Below are positions 5,110 through 7,560 of a stretch of DNA of 7,560 nt, one piece after another. This DNA is from a virus. Its lineage: Duplodnaviria > Heunggongvirae > Uroviricota > Caudoviricetes. The DNA lies in the IMG/VR virus record IMGVR_UViG_2541047943_000002, positions 1 through 7,560 of that record, one strand, 5' to 3'. Under the pieces are notes generated by a model. It made no database searches. It was not told the origin of the DNA and was given only the letters and a program-made list of their open reading frames with translations. Positions within the stretch are counted from its first letter, which is position 1. Each line of letters opens with the position of its first letter. Made by a program: the position numbers and the translations under genes.

Positions 5110-6963
5110 ATGGCATTTAAACACTATGACGTGGTCAGGGCGGCATCGCCGTCAGACCTTGCGAAACGACTGACACAAAAACTGAAGGAGGGCTGGCAGC
5201 CGTTTGGTAGTCCGGTGGCCATAACCCCTTATACCCTGATGCAGGCGATTGCAGCAGAAGGTGATGTGGTCGTCAGTGGTGCAACTGAGCCGGAGTGGTA
5301 CTACGTCATCGTACTGGCCGGGCAATCCAATGCCATGGCTTACGGTGAAGGGCTTCCGCTTCCGGATTCATACGATGCGCCCCATCCGCGCATTAAGCAA
5401 CTGGCCCGTCGTAACACAGTGACTCCCGGTGGTGAAGTATGCGTATTTAACGACATCATTCCTGCTGACCATTGTCTGCATGATGTTCAGGATATGAGTA
5501 CGATTAACCATCCCCGGGCTGACCTGAGCAAAGGGCAGTACGGCTGTGTCGGACAGGGCTTACATATTGCCAAAAAACTGCTTCCGTATATCCCTAATAA
5601 TGCGGGGATCCTGCTGGTACCATGCTGTCGTGGTGGTTCGGCATTCACCCAGGGCACGGAGGGGACATTCAGCGAGTCCACGGGAGCCAGTCAGGATTCG
5701 GCTCGCTGGGGAGTGGGTAAGCCGTTATATCAGGATCTGCTTTTCCGCACGAAGGCAGCATTGCAGAAAAACCCGAAAAACGTTTTGCTGGCGATATGCT
5801 GGATGCAGGGGGAATTCGATATGACGAATGCCAGTTACGCCCAGCAGCCAGCAGCATTTCTTGCAATGGTACAGCAGTTCCGTGCTGACCTTGCCGGGCT
5901 GGCAGCGCAGTGTCACGGTGGAAGTCCGGCATCAGTCCCCTGGATTTGTGGCGACACGACATACGCGTGGAAACAAGAACACGGTACGCAATATGAAGTG
6001 GTATATGGTGCATATAAAGGTAAAGAATCCCAGCAGATTTATTTTGTTCCCTTTATGACCGATGGTAGCGGAGTTAATACACCGACAAACAACCCGTCAG
6101 AAGATCCTGATATTGCCGGGTCTGGTTATTACGGTTCGGCATCCCGAACGAACAAAAACTGGGTATCATCAAATCGCCCGACGCATTTCAGCTCATGGGC
6201 GCGTCGTGGCATTATTCCCGATCGTATGGCAACTGCTATTCTGAACGTAGCCGGTCGCACCTTAGCCTTCATTAGTGGTAAGGCACCGGAAATCAAACCC
6301 TCGCCCGGCGGCGACACGCCATCGGGGCCGTCTGAAGATGCATCCATACGCACAATCTCCCTGTTGCCGACAGCCGGAGACGCTGCTGCGCAGGGCTGGA
6401 GCATTAAGAATGGCGGAATTCAGTTGTCAGATGGTGTATTTAAGATCACCAAGCAGAGCAATAAAGCCTGGTCCCTGACGCGCCCGGTGGATGACGCAGT
6501 CTCCCTGCTGACACGGGGTGGCAGACTGAGCTGTAAGTTTCGACTGTCAGGCGCACTGACCAACAACCAGTTCGGTCTGGGAATTTATCTGTATACCGAT
6601 GTAGCGTTACCTGACGTCGTGGCGATGACCGGGACTGGTAACCCGTTCCTGATGTCGTTCTTCACCCAGACCACAGACGGCAAACTGAATCTGATGCATC
6701 ACAAGAAAGCAGGAAACACAAAGTTGGGCGAGTTCGGGAATTACAGTAACGACTGGCAGACGCTGGAGCTGGTGTTCACCGCCGGCAGTGCCACGGTTAC
6801 TCCGAAACTGAATGGAGTGGCTGGCCCGGCATTCCAGGTCATAAAAGACAGTCTGACACTGGGGCTGAATGCGCTGACGCTGACGGATATTACCAAAAAT
6901 GCAGCGTATGGCGTTGAGATAGAAAGTCTGGTGCTGGAGATAAATGCACCGGCATCATCATAA
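5110..6963 (+). CDS. nanS-p: Prophage-encoded sialate O-acetylesterase (NanS-p type: N-terminal DUF1737-like region, SGNH/SASA esterase core, roughly 250-aa C-terminal domain of unknown function)
   Basis: 617-aa ORF with GGAGG Shine-Dalgarno 5 nt upstream. The N-terminus MAFKHYDVV...GWQPFGSP matches the NanS-p/YjhS prophage family as I remember it. A GQSN catalytic block (VLAGQSNAMAYGEG) is present. The position, directly before the holin, is typical of Stx-phage-like prophages. Confidence 0.8.
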   Translation: MAFKHYDVVRAASPSDLAKRLTQKLKEGWQPFGSPVAITPYTLMQAIAAEGDVVVSGATEPEWYYVIVLAGQSNAMAYGEGLPLPDSYDAPHPRIKQLARRNTVTPGGEVCVFNDIIPADHCLHDVQDMSTINHPRADLSKGQYGCVGQGLHIAKKLLPYIPNNAGILLVPCCRGGSAFTQGTEGTFSESTGASQDSARWGVGKPLYQDLLFRTKAALQKNPKNVLLAICWMQGEFDMTNASYAQQPAAFLAMVQQFRADLAGLAAQCHGGSPASVPWICGDTTYAWKQEHGTQYEVVYGAYKGKESQQIYFVPFMTDGSGVNTPTNNPSEDPDIAGSGYYGSASRTNKNWVSSNRPTHFSSWARRGIIPDRMATAILNVAGRTLAFISGKAPEIKPSPGGDTPSGPSEDASIRTISLLPTAGDAAAQGWSIKNGGIQLSDGVFKITKQSNKAWSLTRPVDDAVSLLTRGGRLSCKFRLSGALTNNQFGLGIYLYTDVALPDVVAMTGTGNPFLMSFFTQTTDGKLNLMHHKKAGNTKLGEFGNYSNDWQTLELVFTAGSATVTPKLNGVAGPAFQVIKDSLTLGLNALTLTDITKNAAYGVEIESLVLEINAPASS

Positions 6964-7046
6964 AAAGTGAGCCAGTCAAATGGAAGGTATCGTTAAACTC
7001 ACCGGTAGTGTCAGTGGGTCGTCTGAGATGCCTGCATGAGTTATCA

Positions 7047-7078
7047 GAGCCATCAGTACTTAACTGGTGGCTTTTTTT
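7047..7078 (+). terminator. Intrinsic terminator between esterase and holin genes
   Basis: Stem AGAGCCATCAG / CTGGTGGCT (with a G-U pair), 7-nt loop, then TTTTTTT. Confidence 0.6.
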
Positions 7079-7113
7079 ATTGTTGTCAGCTTCCGGATAA
7101 CGGGAGACGGGGT

Positions 7114-7329
7114 ATGGACCAGATGGAAAAAATCACAACAGGTGTGTCATACACCACGTCAGCGGTGGGAACGGGCTACTGGTTCCTGCAGTTGCTGGAC
7201 AGGGTTTCCCCGTCTCAGTGGGCGGCAATAGGCGTGCTGGGGAGTCTGCTGTTTGGGCTGCTGACATATCTGACTAACCTGTATTTCAAAATCAGAGAGG
7301 ACCGTCGTAAGGCTGCACGGGGAGAGTAA
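7114..7329 (+). CDS. S: S21-type pinholin (class II holin) with dual-start motif M-D-Q-M
   Basis: 71-aa product [71 protein letters not shown] closely resembles the phage 21 S pinholin as I remember it (two transmembrane segments, charged C-terminus). GGAG is 8 nt upstream. The 97-aa track ORF from 7036 starts before the terminator and is rejected. Confidence 0.85.
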   Translation: MDQMEKITTGVSYTTSAVGTGYWFLQLLDRVSPSQWAAIGVLGSLLFGLLTYLTNLYFKIREDRRKAARGE

Positions 7330-7333
7330 TTCA

Positions 7334-7560
7334 ATGACTCAAAACTATAAACTGATTGTGAAAGGGATCCGCAATTTTGAGAATAAAGTTACGGTAACTT
7401 TAGCGTTACGGGACAAAAAACGCTTTGACGGTGAAATTTTTGACCTGGACATCTCGCTGGACCGTGTTGAAGGTGCCGCGCTGGAGTTTTATGAGGCAGC
7501 AGCCAGAAGGAGCATCAGACAGGTCTTCCTGGATGTTGCTGCCGGGTTATGTGAAGGGGA
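7334..7560 (+). CDS. 5' part of a late-region gene of unknown function (YdfR/DUF1327-like), truncated by the window end
   Basis: ATG at 7334 with GGAGAG 6 nt upstream. The frame stays open for 75 codons to the window end (MTQNYKLIVKGIRNFENKVTVTLALRDKKRFDGEIFDLD...). Position between holin and the expected endolysin matches ydfR-like genes. Contains AGA, AGG and AGA codons within a few residues. Family recalled, not verified. Confidence 0.55.
   Translation, partial: MTQNYKLIVKGIRNFENKVTVTLALRDKKRFDGEIFDLDISLDRVEGAALEFYEAAARRSIRQVFLDVAAGLCEG

Larger units (their letters stand above)
1..7560 (+). mobile_element. Segment of a lambdoid (Stx-phage-like) prophage: nin/late-regulatory region through start of lysis cassette
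   Basis: Co-linear + strand order DUF968 - RusA - Q-like - promoter/terminator - methyltransferase - 3 tRNAs - esterase - pinholin, which is the canonical late-region layout of lambdoid prophages. No integrase or att site is inside the window, so boundaries are unknown. Confidence 0.8.

Noticed and set aside
5487-6478. Alternative-frame and minus-strand track ORFs inside the esterase gene
   Set aside because: All are nested within the 617-aa esterase ORF, Arg/Cys/Pro-rich in the way off-frame translations are, and lack ribosome-binding sites.
7036-7329. 97-aa extended holin ORF from ATG 7036
   Set aside because: This start lies upstream of the intrinsic terminator and lacks an SD; the ATG at 7114 has GGAG upstream and gives a 71-aa product matching S21-type pinholins.
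1-7560. Integrase, transposase or IS element within the window
   Set aside because: No ORF has recombinase or transposase character and there are no terminal inverted repeats; the prophage ends must lie outside this window.

Overview
This window reads as the late-regulatory and lysis-proximal region of a lambdoid, Stx-phage-like prophage of an enterobacterium, with all genes on the + strand. In order: a DUF968-type protein (likely 5'-truncated by the window edge), RusA Holliday-junction resolvase, a Q-like late antiterminator, a pR'-like promoter with a tR'-like terminator, a small winged-helix-like ORF, a beta-class DNA amino-methyltransferase, three tRNAs (Ile2-CAU, Arg-UCG, Arg-UCU), about 975 bp without a convincing gene, a NanS-p-type sialate O-acetylesterase, an S21-type pinholin and the start of a further late gene. 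The gap between the tRNAs and the esterase is where Shiga-toxin phages carry stxAB. Here it holds no toxin ORFs but two tandem copies of a roughly 220-bp structured non-coding module, each ending in an identical intrinsic terminator, plus a third terminator-capped unit between them. That tandem module is the most interesting candidate in the window and may be a phage-encoded small-RNA or attenuator system. All protein assignments come from reading the supplied translations for motifs and remembered family resemblance; no database search was run.
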